IMG/VR virus record: IMGVR_UViG_3300017965_000003
Location: 1-46,440 of that record
Source of the DNA: a virus
Lineage: Duplodnaviria > Caudoviricetes
Length of the DNA stretch: 46,440 nt
Direction: 5' to 3' (one strand)
Part shown: positions 35,532 through 44,356 of the stretch, one piece after another
How the letters are laid out: every line of letters starts with the position of its first letter
How positions within the stretch are numbered: position 1 is the stretch's first letter
Notes under the pieces: generated by a model
What the model was told of the DNA's origin: nothing
Seen by the model: only the letters and a program-made list of their open reading frames with translations
Databases searched by the model: none
Position numbers and translations under genes: made by a program

Positions 35532-35554
35532 AGAAACGGCCCCGCAGGGCCGTT
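35532..35554 (-). terminator. Terminator downstream of the recombinase
   Basis: Minus strand AACGGCCC-TGCG-GGGCCGTT followed by TCT. Confidence 0.55.
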
Positions 35555-35581
35555 CGTGTCGAGGTCGGGAGGGGAAGGTTT

Positions 35582-37276
35582 TCAGACCTCGGGATCGATG
35601 GGCGGGAGGGGGTCGACGTCTTCGCCGATCTCGATGTAACCGCCCTTCCGGTCGACTCGGAGCAGTCGGGATATGCCGCTCCGGGCCTTCAATTCGACGT
35701 CGACGGAGGTCCCGTCTGTCGGCCCCTTCGCGCTCCCCTTCGCGAAAATCAGGATCGATGCGAAGGTGTCGGCGACCAGTTGCCGGGCCTGCAGCCGGGC
35801 GGCGTTGTCGTGGTTTGCGACCCCCTCGGCCAGTTCGCGCCAGCGCGCGGACACGTCTTTCAGGTCGGCGCGCTGCGTGGCATGCATCTCGCGCTCGGCA
35901 TGGTCGTACTCGGCGCGCGTCTGCTTGATCTGCGCGGCGGTGGTGCGCATCCGGTCGACCACGACCTCGGGGGTCTCCTGGTCTTCGGCCTGCGCCGCGA
36001 GGTGCAGGTCGAGCAGGGTTTTCTGTTGCTTCTCCAACTTCTCCAGCCGGGCGCGCGCCGTGGCCATCTTCGCGCGCGTCTCGATGCTGCGGTCTTCGCC
36101 GTACAGCGACTGGAGGTTGATCAGCTCGCTGCAGTAGGCCATCACGGCGCGCTCGACGGCGAAGGCCGAGGTCGTCGCGTAGCCGGGGCAGTCGGGGACC
36201 GGGTTCGTCAGCAGCCGGCGGCCCATGCAGCGCAGGACCACTGCGCGCGGTCGGATGCTGCCGTCCTTGGCGAACATGCGTTGCGTGTTGGCCATCATCG
36301 TCGCGTCGCAGTAGCCGCAGCGCGCAATCTGCATGCCGGTCAGCACGTGGGTCATGAGTCCTTTGCTGCGCCGCCTGCCTCGCGACTGGCGCGCGTCCTG
36401 CAGCTCGTGCCACTGGCCCTCGGTCAGCGCGGCGGGGTAGTAACCCTCAAGAACGTAGGTCTTCTCCGTCATCGTGTCGTCCGGCATCCGGCGGCGCACC
36501 GTGACGTGCTTCTCACCGATCAGCGCGCGGCTGCGGATGGTCTTCTCGATGTGCGGCACCGAGTTCCCGTCGTCGGTCATCGCGAGCCCGCAGCGCGTCA
36601 GCTCCTTGGCGATCGCGTCGGGTCCGTGGCCCTGCAGGTAGAGCTTGACCGCTGCGCGGACGGCCAGCACCCGGTCCTCGACCAGGGTCGCGTCGTCGCG
36701 GGTGACTTCCAGCCACGCCGGGTCTTGGCCGACCAGGGGGCGTCGCTCCCGCTTGCCCTCGTTGACCCAGCGCTCGCATTCGAGCGTCAGGGTCTCCGTC
36801 TTGCGCCGCGATTTCGTGCGCGACTCTTCGTGCGCCCGGCAGGCAACGATGGTCAGCATCATGAGCTTGCCGAGGTCGTCGTTGACCGTCTCCCAGGTGT
36901 ACTCCTGCCGATCGCTCTGCGTGACGATCTTGACGCCGGCCTGCAGGATTTCGCTGAAAAGGCCCTGGGCGATGAGCGGCTTGGCGCGTGACAGCCGGTC
37001 GAGGCTTTCGACCACCAGCACCGACAGCGGCGGGACCCGACCCGTCCGGCAGGCACCGACGAAGACCCCGAGCGCGCCTTTCGTCAGGTGCTCCCCCTTG
37101 AACGCCGACAGGGCCTTGTCGGTCATGGTCAGCATGGTGTCGAGACGGAGATTGTTTTCGCGCGCGTACTGTGCGGCGTAAGCGGACTGCCGCGCTAAGC
37201 TAGTGCCCTCGCTCTGCGCGAGCGACGAGAACCGGCTGTAGCTGTAGACGAGGCCGGCAGATTGGACGGGGGTCAT
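35582..37276 (-). CDS. Large serine recombinase (integrase)
   Basis: YSYSRFSS catalytic motif, VESLDRLSR, RAHEESRTKS, recombinase domain YYPAAL, zinc ribbon CGYC...C...C, coiled coil. Confidence 0.95.
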   Translation of the reverse strand: MTPVQSAGLVYSYSRFSSLAQSEGTSLARQSAYAAQYARENNLRLDTMLTMTDKALSAFKGEHLTKGALGVFVGACRTGRVPPLSVLVVESLDRLSRAKPLIAQGLFSEILQAGVKIVTQSDRQEYTWETVNDDLGKLMMLTIVACRAHEESRTKSRRKTETLTLECERWVNEGKRERRPLVGQDPAWLEVTRDDATLVEDRVLAVRAAVKLYLQGHGPDAIAKELTRCGLAMTDDGNSVPHIEKTIRSRALIGEKHVTVRRRMPDDTMTEKTYVLEGYYPAALTEGQWHELQDARQSRGRRRSKGLMTHVLTGMQIARCGYCDATMMANTQRMFAKDGSIRPRAVVLRCMGRRLLTNPVPDCPGYATTSAFAVERAVMAYCSELINLQSLYGEDRSIETRAKMATARARLEKLEKQQKTLLDLHLAAQAEDQETPEVVVDRMRTTAAQIKQTRAEYDHAEREMHATQRADLKDVSARWRELAEGVANHDNAARLQARQLVADTFASILIFAKGSAKGPTDGTSVDVELKARSGISRLLRVDRKGGYIEIGEDVDPLPPIDPEV

Positions 37277-37567
37277 CGGGAAGGTCGGCGCGGCGCGCGC
37301 CGTCAGAGTGGTGGTGCTCTGGATTCTAGATTACGGGCACGATCTCTGGAGATCGTAATCGCAATGGTGCATGGCAAGTCTGTGACTTTTGCCCGCCTTC
37401 ATCCCGACCGTTTACCGGGCGTCAAGGCCCGATCCAGCAGGCAGCTCCGATGGACAGCAGGTACTCGCAGTGCCTGCGAAGGATCGGCGCGCACCGAGTG
37501 ACGCGGCCGCCCTCGACGACGAAGCCGGCGACGTAGCGCGCCGCCACGACCCGATACAGCCCGTCCC

Positions 37568-37837
37568 TCATGTCTTCGCGTCGGGAGGGATCGGCGGCGC
37601 GTAGACCCGCAGCCAGCCCTTCGACTCCAGAAAATTCCGGTAGCTGTTCACCGCGACGGCGCGCAGCTCGCGCGCGACCTCCGTCCCCGACGCGTAGACG
37701 TTGCCCTCATCGTCGAGCAGCGCGACGCGGCCCGGCTTGCCGTGGATGCTGACGGCGAACCCGTTGTACGCAACCGCACTGACCTCCGCGCCTTCGATTT
37801 CGCCGGTGGGTTGGGGGCCGATCAAGGTTCCGCTCAC
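37568..37837 (-). CDS. Hypothetical protein
   Basis: GTG start coupled to the upstream stop, GGAGG RBS. Confidence 0.6.
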   Translation of the reverse strand: MSGTLIGPQPTGEIEGAEVSAVAYNGFAVSIHGKPGRVALLDDEGNVYASGTEVARELRAVAVNSYRNFLESKGWLRVYAPPIPPDAKT

Positions 37838-38346
37838 GATGCACCTCCGAGGACGGCGGCGGTACGCGACCGCATCGCCAGCAGGTTTAGGAGCTGCGCC
37901 ATCGGACGAAGTTCGTCGCGCAGCCGGTAGTGGGACACGATGCCGTAGCCGAACTCGGCGACCGGCATCAAGGCCATGATCGATCGCGTCTCCCAGCCGA
38001 CCAGCACGATCGCGTCGCGGTCGCAGTGCGCCAGCACGTAGACGTCTGCGCCGGCCCCGCGCACCAGCTCGGCCTGCTTCACGAGCAGATGGATCGGGTT
38101 GCGGAAGGTCTTCACGTCGATGGTCATCGCGCGCGCGCCGAAGCAGACCCGGAAGTCGACCCCCTCGTCGCCGTTGACCCGCACCGCGCGGTCGACGTCG
38201 AGGCCGAAGGCGGTCGCGAAGCACATTTCGCCGCGCGCTCCGATCCGGTCTTCTTCGTCAGGGTCGGCGAAAAATCGGGGCGTGCTGTTGCCGGCGTGCG
38301 CGGCGTTGCGGTCGCGCCCGATCCGGTCGGCTTCGTCCCAGTCCAA
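37834..38346 (-). CDS. PD-(D/E)XK restriction-endonuclease-like protein
   Basis: GARGE...GDEGVDF...TIDVKT motif. Confidence 0.7.
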   Translation of the reverse strand: MDWDEADRIGRDRNAAHAGNSTPRFFADPDEEDRIGARGEMCFATAFGLDVDRAVRVNGDEGVDFRVCFGARAMTIDVKTFRNPIHLLVKQAELVRGAGADVYVLAHCDRDAIVLVGWETRSIMALMPVAEFGYGIVSHYRLRDELRPMAQLLNLLAMRSRTAAVLGGAS

Positions 38347-38844
38347 TCACGCCACCTTCGGCGGGTCGAGCTGCACGTACACGTCGCGTTCGATCTGCAT
38401 CGCGAGCTGGCCGATCTTGAGTTCGCTCAGGTCGTGCACGCACGAGACCGAGAAACGCAGCTCGACGCTGCCGCCGGCCATGACCGTCCATGCGATCTTG
38501 TGCACCCGGCAGTCGGCCAGTTCGATGTTGGACTTCCTGCCGCCGAGCCCTCGGTCGAGCGTCAGCGCGTATCCCTCGCTTTCGCCGTTCCACTTCCCCG
38601 AAGGGTCGAGGTCGGGGAACCGAAGGTCGGCCTTCTCGGCGACCTGCGGCACCCCGTTCAGTTGTCCCTGCCGGCACTCGTAGAAGGTCGCCGGCAGGGC
38701 GGGATCGAGCATCGCCAGGACGTCGTTGCCGGTCTCGATCTCCAGCCGCAGGTCGATCGCCGGCACGATCGTCTCGCCGTGTTTCTCGGCGCGTGGGTTC
38801 ACGTGGATCAATCGGGCTTTCGTTCCCTCGGCAAATCTCAGCAT
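38347..38844 (-). CDS. Hypothetical phage protein
   Basis: GGAG RBS; NPRAEKHGETIVPAIDL...GGSVELRF. Confidence 0.7.
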   Translation of the reverse strand: MLRFAEGTKARLIHVNPRAEKHGETIVPAIDLRLEIETGNDVLAMLDPALPATFYECRQGQLNGVPQVAEKADLRFPDLDPSGKWNGESEGYALTLDRGLGGRKSNIELADCRVHKIAWTVMAGGSVELRFSVSCVHDLSELKIGQLAMQIERDVYVQLDPPKVA

Positions 38845-38858
38845 GGTCGTTCTCCGGT

Positions 38859-39269
38859 TCAGCCCGTGATCGTTCCGACGAGCGCTGGCGGCGGGAGCGG
38901 GATCGACGCGCGCAGCGGCCGCCACAGGTGCAGGCACATCGGGTGGTTGTTGACCCACTGCGAGCGCGGCGGGTGGAGCTGCATCACGGCGTCGTCGTCA
39001 TCCCAGAAAAATGCCTTGACGAGGTCCATCTCGTTCCACGTCGGGCAACGGTGCGGCAAGCTGACCGACACGTGCTCCCAGCCGAGCAGGTCCTCGGGCT
39101 CGTCGGCCTCGCGCCGAACGCCATCGCTCGCGATGACAGAGAACGGCGCACGCGGCTCGGTCTTCGACGCGAACGGGTTCGGGATGAAGAACGCACCCAG
39201 GTTGCCGTTCGACTCGTCGCTCGCCATGCGGCCGGTGCGGATGCGGTACTGCTCGGGGACGTGGAACAT
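38859..39269 (-). CDS. Conserved phage protein (DUF7694-like)
   Basis: GWEHVSVS...RCPTWNEM...QLHPP...VNNHPMCLHLWRP. Confidence 0.8.
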   Translation of the reverse strand: MFHVPEQYRIRTGRMASDESNGNLGAFFIPNPFASKTEPRAPFSVIASDGVRREADEPEDLLGWEHVSVSLPHRCPTWNEMDLVKAFFWDDDDAVMQLHPPRSQWVNNHPMCLHLWRPLRASIPLPPPALVGTITG

Positions 39270-39271
39270 GC

Positions 39272-40438
39272 TCAGCCCTCCGTCCAGTGCTTCCGGTAAA
39301 TCCCGATGAGCGCGTTCAGCGCGTCGGTCGGCCAGCCGAGCGAGCGCGCCGCGTCGAGTTCCAATCCGGCCTGCTCCTTGTCGGGCGCGCTGCGGATCGC
39401 ATCGGCGATGCGGTCGAACTCGGCCGCGCTCGGGCTGCCGGCGGCGGCAGCGGGGGGAGCAGGCACAGCCGCTTCGTCACGCTGAACCTCTGCTGGAGGT
39501 CCACCGGTGGGCGAAGACTCTGCGGGCTGGCCTGCTCCTTGTTCGGGTTCGGACTTCGCGCGGGCCTTGGCGGCGCGCCGGTCGGCGGCCACCTTCCGCA
39601 ACGAGGCTGCGACGCCGGCCTGCTGCGTCACCGGCTTGCCCTCGGCATCGCGCGGCAGCTCGAAAAAGTCCGCGACGGTGCCCATCTCGTCGCGCAACGA
39701 AGCGTAGACCTTCTTGAGGTCGACCACCTGGGCGGGGTCGATCGCATCGATCTTGCGCTGGATGCGCTGCTCGATCATCGCCCTCGTCACGCCGAAGTTG
39801 GCGAACGAGTCGAGCATCTTGGCGATGGCCTCGGGGGTCACGTCCGAGCCCCGCAGCCGCAACGTCGCTTCGACCTGCTCGATCACCATCTGCTTCACGG
39901 CGGTCGGGACCATGTCCAGGATGCATTCGCGCAGCCGGCGCGCAGCTTGGTTCGCCTCGTTCTCGTAGATGTCCCGCTCGTCCGTCAGCGGGTACCCGGG
40001 CCGATCCTTGAGGTCGCGCCAGTGCCGCACCGGGAACTGGAGCGAAGACCGGTTGCCGTTCTGGAGGTCGAGGCAGAAGGCTTGGATGACCGAGTTCCAC
40101 ACGCCGTGCTCGTCCTTCTGGCGGGAGACCACGCGCCACCCGCTGTCGAGCCGACCCCACTCGCGTTTCGTCTCTTCGGCCGCCCGGATGCTGAGCCCCT
40201 TGATCGGCGTCCCGCCGCGCGCGAAAGCGTACTGCGCGACCTCGGCCAGGGCCTGAATCTGGAACGCTTGTCGGATGCGGTCGGCCGCCGCAACCGCGTC
40301 GCGCGGGTTCAGCATGGCGAACTGCATCATCGTGATGACCTCGCTCGCTTCGCGCGTGGTGACCTGCTGCATGCCGATCGAGCGCGATGACGAATCCACG
40401 CGCTGCAGCTCGAAGGGGTTCGCGACGACGTCGTTCAT
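39272..40438 (-). CDS. Putative single-strand annealing / recombination protein
   Basis: GGAGG RBS; PRD...YAFARGG...SIRAAEE...WG core with disordered C-terminus; directly downstream of the exonuclease. Confidence 0.55.
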   Translation of the reverse strand: MNDVVANPFELQRVDSSSRSIGMQQVTTREASEVITMMQFAMLNPRDAVAAADRIRQAFQIQALAEVAQYAFARGGTPIKGLSIRAAEETKREWGRLDSGWRVVSRQKDEHGVWNSVIQAFCLDLQNGNRSSLQFPVRHWRDLKDRPGYPLTDERDIYENEANQAARRLRECILDMVPTAVKQMVIEQVEATLRLRGSDVTPEAIAKMLDSFANFGVTRAMIEQRIQRKIDAIDPAQVVDLKKVYASLRDEMGTVADFFELPRDAEGKPVTQQAGVAASLRKVAADRRAAKARAKSEPEQGAGQPAESSPTGGPPAEVQRDEAAVPAPPAAAAGSPSAAEFDRIADAIRSAPDKEQAGLELDAARSLGWPTDALNALIGIYRKHWTEG

Positions 40439-40460
40439 GGTGTTGGCTACCTCCGGTGTT

Positions 40461-41366
40461 TCACATGAAACGGCCCACGCGCGAGAGCGGATGCCAGCGC
40501 GGGGGATCGAGTTCGCGCACGCCGACGCCGTAGCCGGGCCACGCGCCGGCGCGCTCGCACTCGGCGTAGAGGTCCAGCGCGGCCCGGCAGTCGTCCCACC
40601 CGAAGGTGCGCCAGGACTGCGGCAGCGTGTAGAGGGCGGTCGCGTACGGGAACTCATGCTCGACGCACGCGAAGAGGAACGCATGGACCGGCCGGCCCGT
40701 CGCCTGCGCCCACCCAACGGTGTAGTAAGCGTCCTGCATGTCGTAGCGGAAGTTCGCGACCGACCGGTTGAACTCGTCCGGCTTCGCGCTCGCGGTGGTC
40801 TTCACGTCGACCAGCACGTCGCCGAGATCGGCACCGACGCCGACCGTCGCGGAGGCGTCCGGTCGGCACTTGCAGAAAAGGCCCGTTTTCTCGTCGCGCC
40901 AATAGCCGGTGCATTCGCAGCTCGCGCCGTCGAGCAGGTCGCCGAGCGTCCCGTCGTCGGGGCTGTCGCCCATCGGAGTGCCGCGCAACGCGCCGGCCTG
41001 CGCGAAAGCGATCTCGGCCTGCAGCGGCGTGATGCACTCGCGCTCCGGATGCGCGGCGGCGAATTCCTTCCACAGCTTCGCGGCGCGGGTCGCGACGACG
41101 GGGCCGATGACGTACCGCTTGAGGAACGCATCGGGCTCCAGCAACGCGCAGTGCAACAAGGTCCCCGCGAACATCGCAACAGACGGTTCGGGGCCCGGCG
41201 GCCGATCGACGTTTTCGGCTTCGAGCGCGTGCGTGTGGAACGGGGTCTTCGTCAGCAGGCGCACAAGCGTCGAACGCGACAGGCCAGGACTGCTCAGGTA
41301 CTCGGCGTGCGGCATGCCGTAGACGACCGCGTTGTCGCGCACCCGTTGGGGCAGCGCAGCCATCAC
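40461..41366 (-). CDS. RecE/exonuclease VIII-like PD-(D/E)XK exonuclease
   Basis: GLSRSTL, GTLLHCALLEP, CKCRPD, DVKTT, YDMQDAYY, FLFACVE. Confidence 0.9.
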   Translation of the reverse strand: MMAALPQRVRDNAVVYGMPHAEYLSSPGLSRSTLVRLLTKTPFHTHALEAENVDRPPGPEPSVAMFAGTLLHCALLEPDAFLKRYVIGPVVATRAAKLWKEFAAAHPERECITPLQAEIAFAQAGALRGTPMGDSPDDGTLGDLLDGASCECTGYWRDEKTGLFCKCRPDASATVGVGADLGDVLVDVKTTASAKPDEFNRSVANFRYDMQDAYYTVGWAQATGRPVHAFLFACVEHEFPYATALYTLPQSWRTFGWDDCRAALDLYAECERAGAWPGYGVGVRELDPPRWHPLSRVGRFM

Positions 41367-41662
41367 AGTGCACCCTGGTCGGCGAGCTGCTGCACCGCGC
41401 GGTCGGCGTAAGCCCGCGCCACGATGCGCAGGAGCCGGACGCAGGCCGGGTCGTAGCGGGACATGGCGTGCAGCATGGACACGAGCACCGTGCCGTCGTC
41501 GTCGCGCAGGACCTCCGCGAGCGCGCCGATCACGGTGATTTGTTCGCCCTCGTCGCCGACCGGGATGCGCGAAATCATTCGCATCGGGTCACGGCGCAAC
41601 ACCGCGTTCGTGAACTCGTCTTCGAGCAGCGCGTGCGCGCTCTGCGTCTCGCGCGCGTTCAT
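41363..41662 (-). CDS. Hypothetical protein
   Basis: Coupled ORF; codon usage. Confidence 0.6.
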   Translation of the reverse strand: MNARETQSAHALLEDEFTNAVLRRDPMRMISRIPVGDEGEQITVIGALAEVLRDDDGTVLVSMLHAMSRYDPACVRLLRIVARAYADRAVQQLADQGAL

Positions 41663-41838
41663 CGCGCCGGCACCCAGTAGGACGCGATCGCGAACAGCGC
41701 GATGATCGCCAGCACGAGCAGGATGGACAGCAGCACCGGCGGCCTGCGCTCGGGCGGTCCTTCGAGCCAGTCGAGCGGATCGGGGTCGATCTCGCGCGCT
41801 TCGCGCTTCCAGCGATGGGTCAGCGGATCGGTCTTCAT
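41659..41838 (-). CDS. 59-aa membrane protein; not in the ORF track
   Basis: GGAGG RBS; MKTDPLTHRWKRE...VLLSILLVLAIIALFAIASYWVPAR*; ATGA-coupled to the next gene. Confidence 0.7.
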   Translation of the reverse strand: MKTDPLTHRWKREAREIDPDPLDWLEGPPERRPPVLLSILLVLAIIALFAIASYWVPAR

Positions 41839-41970
41839 CGCGTCACACCTCCAGCAGAGGGACGCGATTTAAATCCCGGCCTGCATGCGTTGGTGAACAA
41901 GGCATCGACCCACGAAAGGTCATCTTGCAAATGGTTCGGGTCCGCTGTAACCCACACCTTGTTACCCGCC

Positions 41971-42020
41971 GCGCCAAGTCGCGCCAAGACGCGCCAAGAC
42001 GCGCCAGGATGCGCCAAACT
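41971..42020. repeat. Five tandem 10-bp repeats, consensus GCGCCAAGAC
   Basis: GCGCCAAGTC GCGCCAAGAC GCGCCAAGAC GCGCCAGGAT GCGCCAAACT. Confidence 0.95.
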
Positions 42021-42135
42021 GAAACCTTATTACGGGTTTTGAAATGGCCTTCGTAACTCGGTTTTTCTCGAAAAAAAATCGTCGTGCAATGAGCGCTTGC
42101 GGTGCGAAGTGGCGCGCAGTGAAATGCGCTCCGCC

Positions 42136-42438
42136 ATGCACAGAGAAACCGCATACGCCCTTCTCGGAACTCGCGACCGCAACCTCGTGTCGAGGCTTTG
42201 CGGCCTGTCGCTGAGCTGCGTCGACCACTGGCCGGAATGGCTTCCGCGCCGCAGCTCGGACGCTGTCGTGGCGGCCGCCGTGCGGCTCGAATGGACCGAG
42301 GGCGTGCGACGCCGCCCGGCGATCAAGGACCGTCTGCCGCCCCACATCGTCGAGATTCTGGCCGACGTGTCCGACGAGTACGTGCCCGTGGCACCAACCG
42401 GGCCGTTCGTGCCGGAAGTCGAGAGCGCGTCGGCCTGA
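42136..42438 (+). CDS. Cro-like HTH protein
   Basis: AYALLG...LVSRLCGLSLSCVDHWPEWLP; first gene of the rightward early operon. Confidence 0.6.
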   Translation: MHRETAYALLGTRDRNLVSRLCGLSLSCVDHWPEWLPRRSSDAVVAAAVRLEWTEGVRRRPAIKDRLPPHIVEILADVSDEYVPVAPTGPFVPEVESASA

Positions 42439-42467
42439 CGCAACCTGCCACGATCTCGGTCGTCTCC

Positions 42468-43409
42468 ATGCGTGCGCGCAGCATCAAGCCGGGGTTTTTC
42501 GTCAACGAGGACTTGGCCGAGTGCACGCCGTTCGCGCGGCTGTGCTTCATCGGGCTGTGGATGCTGGCCGACCGCGAGGGCCGTCTCGAAGACCGACCGA
42601 AGCGCATCAACGGCGAGCTGTTCACGTTCGACGACGTCGATATCGACGCGCTGCTCGCCGAGCTGGTCACGCACGGCTTCATCATCCGGTACCGGGTCGG
42701 CCGCGATCGCTACATCCAGGTCCTGAAATTCCGCGAAAACCAGTCGCCGCACTACGCGGAAAAGGCGAGTGTCATCCCCGGTCCGTTGACTGAGCGCGAG
42801 CCCGAGATCGTGCCTCGGGCCATGCCTGAGTCGAAGCCGCAGACGAAGCCTGAGGCAGAGCCCGAGGCAGGACCGCAGACAGACCCCCCGATCGAGCCTG
42901 AGGCCGAGCCCCAGGCACAAAACCCCCTGACTCCTGACTGCGGACTCCTGACTCCTGACTCCGGACTGCTGACTCCTGACTCCGTATTCCCTCCGGTCCC
43001 TACGGGACCTCCGGGAATCGTCGACGATGCTGGCGCATCGCCGCCCGGCAACGGCATCGCCCGATGCCCGACCGACGAACTCGTCGGCCTATGGCACGAG
43101 CTGTGCGCGCCTCCGCTTCCGACCGTCGGGGTGCTCAGTCCAACGCGCCGGAAAGCGGTCTCGGCGCGATGGCGGGAGGTCTGCTCGGCCGAGCACTTCG
43201 ACCGCGCCCACGGCGTCGACTGGTTTCGCTGGCTGTTCGCCGAGCGCATCGCGACGAGCCCGTTCCTCATGGGCCGCGTCAACGGTCGAGGCGAGCCGTT
43301 CCGCGCATCGTGGGACTGGGTCATGCGGCCTACGAACTTCGCGAAGGTCGTGGACGGCAACTACGCGAACCGCAACGGCAACGGCAACGGCAACGGGAGC
43401 CACCCATGA
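42468..43409 (+). CDS. Replication initiator / replisome organiser
   Basis: MRARSIKPGFF...ARLCFIGLWMLADREGR N-terminus; C-terminal ASWDWVMRPTNFAKVVDGNY. Confidence 0.88.
   Translation: MRARSIKPGFFVNEDLAECTPFARLCFIGLWMLADREGRLEDRPKRINGELFTFDDVDIDALLAELVTHGFIIRYRVGRDRYIQVLKFRENQSPHYAEKASVIPGPLTEREPEIVPRAMPESKPQTKPEAEPEAGPQTDPPIEPEAEPQAQNPLTPDCGLLTPDSGLLTPDSVFPPVPTGPPGIVDDAGASPPGNGIARCPTDELVGLWHELCAPPLPTVGVLSPTRRKAVSARWREVCSAEHFDRAHGVDWFRWLFAERIATSPFLMGRVNGRGEPFRASWDWVMRPTNFAKVVDGNYANRNGNGNGNGSHP
42927..42982 (+). repeat. Eight tandem heptamers C(T/G)GACT(C/G), candidate origin iterons
   Basis: CTGACTC CTGACTG CGGACTC CTGACTC CTGACTC CGGACTG CTGACTC CTGACTC inside the initiator gene. Confidence 0.8.
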
Positions 43410-43771
43410 GCGGGTACGGCAAGGCACGCGACGAGTCGAAGACCGATCCCCGCGAGGTCCAGTCGACGCAACGGCACCCGGAGCTGATGTGCCGCGTGGA
43501 CGGATGCCCGAACCGCTGGAGCGTGCATCGCGAGGGCTGGAAGCCGATGTGTTCGGCGCATGCGTGGAGCGACCCGCACCTGTGGCCGCAGATCACGGTC
43601 GAGCAGGTCCAGATCGTCGAGCAGCATCGGCTGTACGGCGCAGCACGCGAGGCAGCACGCACCAGCCCGAGCGTGCCGGTACCGCGCAGTACGCCGCGAC
43701 CTGCATCGACGAGCCGCGCCTATCGCGAGCTGCAAGGCTTCGATGACGTCGAGCACGATCGCGAGCCGTGA
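43406..43771 (+). CDS. Small Cys/His hypothetical protein
   Basis: ATGA-coupled; CRVDGCPNRW...CSAH. Confidence 0.65.
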   Translation: MSGYGKARDESKTDPREVQSTQRHPELMCRVDGCPNRWSVHREGWKPMCSAHAWSDPHLWPQITVEQVQIVEQHRLYGAAREAARTSPSVPVPRSTPRPASTSRAYRELQGFDDVEHDREP

Positions 43772-44256
43772 CCACCTCGGGCCGCTTCACCTTCACGATC
43801 CGGGGAGACGCAGCCGGCAAGGCGAACAGCCGCGACCTCGTGACGAACCCGAAGACGAAGCGGCCGATGTTCATCAAGTCCGAGAAGGCCCGCAGCTTCG
43901 AGCGCATCGCCCGACTCCAGATCCCGTCGAGCGCGAAACGCATGCTGAGCGGCCTCGTGCGGGTGCGCATCCGCATCTGGTACGCGAGCCACCGGCAGGA
44001 CCTCGACGAGTCGGTCGTGCTCGACGTGATGCAGGCCCGTTACTCGAAGCGCGACAGGAAGGGCAATCGCAAGCTGCTGCAGCGCGGGGTCTACCTGAAC
44101 GACAAACAGGTCGATGTCAAGCACGTCTACCGCTACCACGACCCGAACGATCCGCGCGTCGAGATCACGGTGTGGCCGCTCGGATTCGAGCAGGCCGAGC
44201 TAATGCTCGACCCGTACGTCGCGTACGACACGACCACGGGCGAGGTCGTCTGGTGA
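43768..44256 (+). CDS. rusA: RusA-like Holliday junction resolvase
   Basis: FTIRGDAAGKANSR...RQDLD...LDVMQ...NDKQV...DPRVEITV. Confidence 0.8.
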   Translation: MTTSGRFTFTIRGDAAGKANSRDLVTNPKTKRPMFIKSEKARSFERIARLQIPSSAKRMLSGLVRVRIRIWYASHRQDLDESVVLDVMQARYSKRDRKGNRKLLQRGVYLNDKQVDVKHVYRYHDPNDPRVEITVWPLGFEQAELMLDPYVAYDTTTGEVVW

Positions 44257-44356
44257 ACCCGATCGGTCATGGCACCACTGCCGGCGCACGATCCACGAAA
44301 GGCGATCCTGTGCAGCGCGTCGGTACGTGCCTGACCGACCGAACCGATGGAGGACG

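Noticed and set aside
35279-36991. 570-aa plus-strand ORF
   Set aside because: Antisense shadow of the serine recombinase
41971-42020. Possible CRISPR array
   Set aside because: 10-bp units abut directly with no spacers; no cas genes. R1-R3 are also too far apart and flank genes
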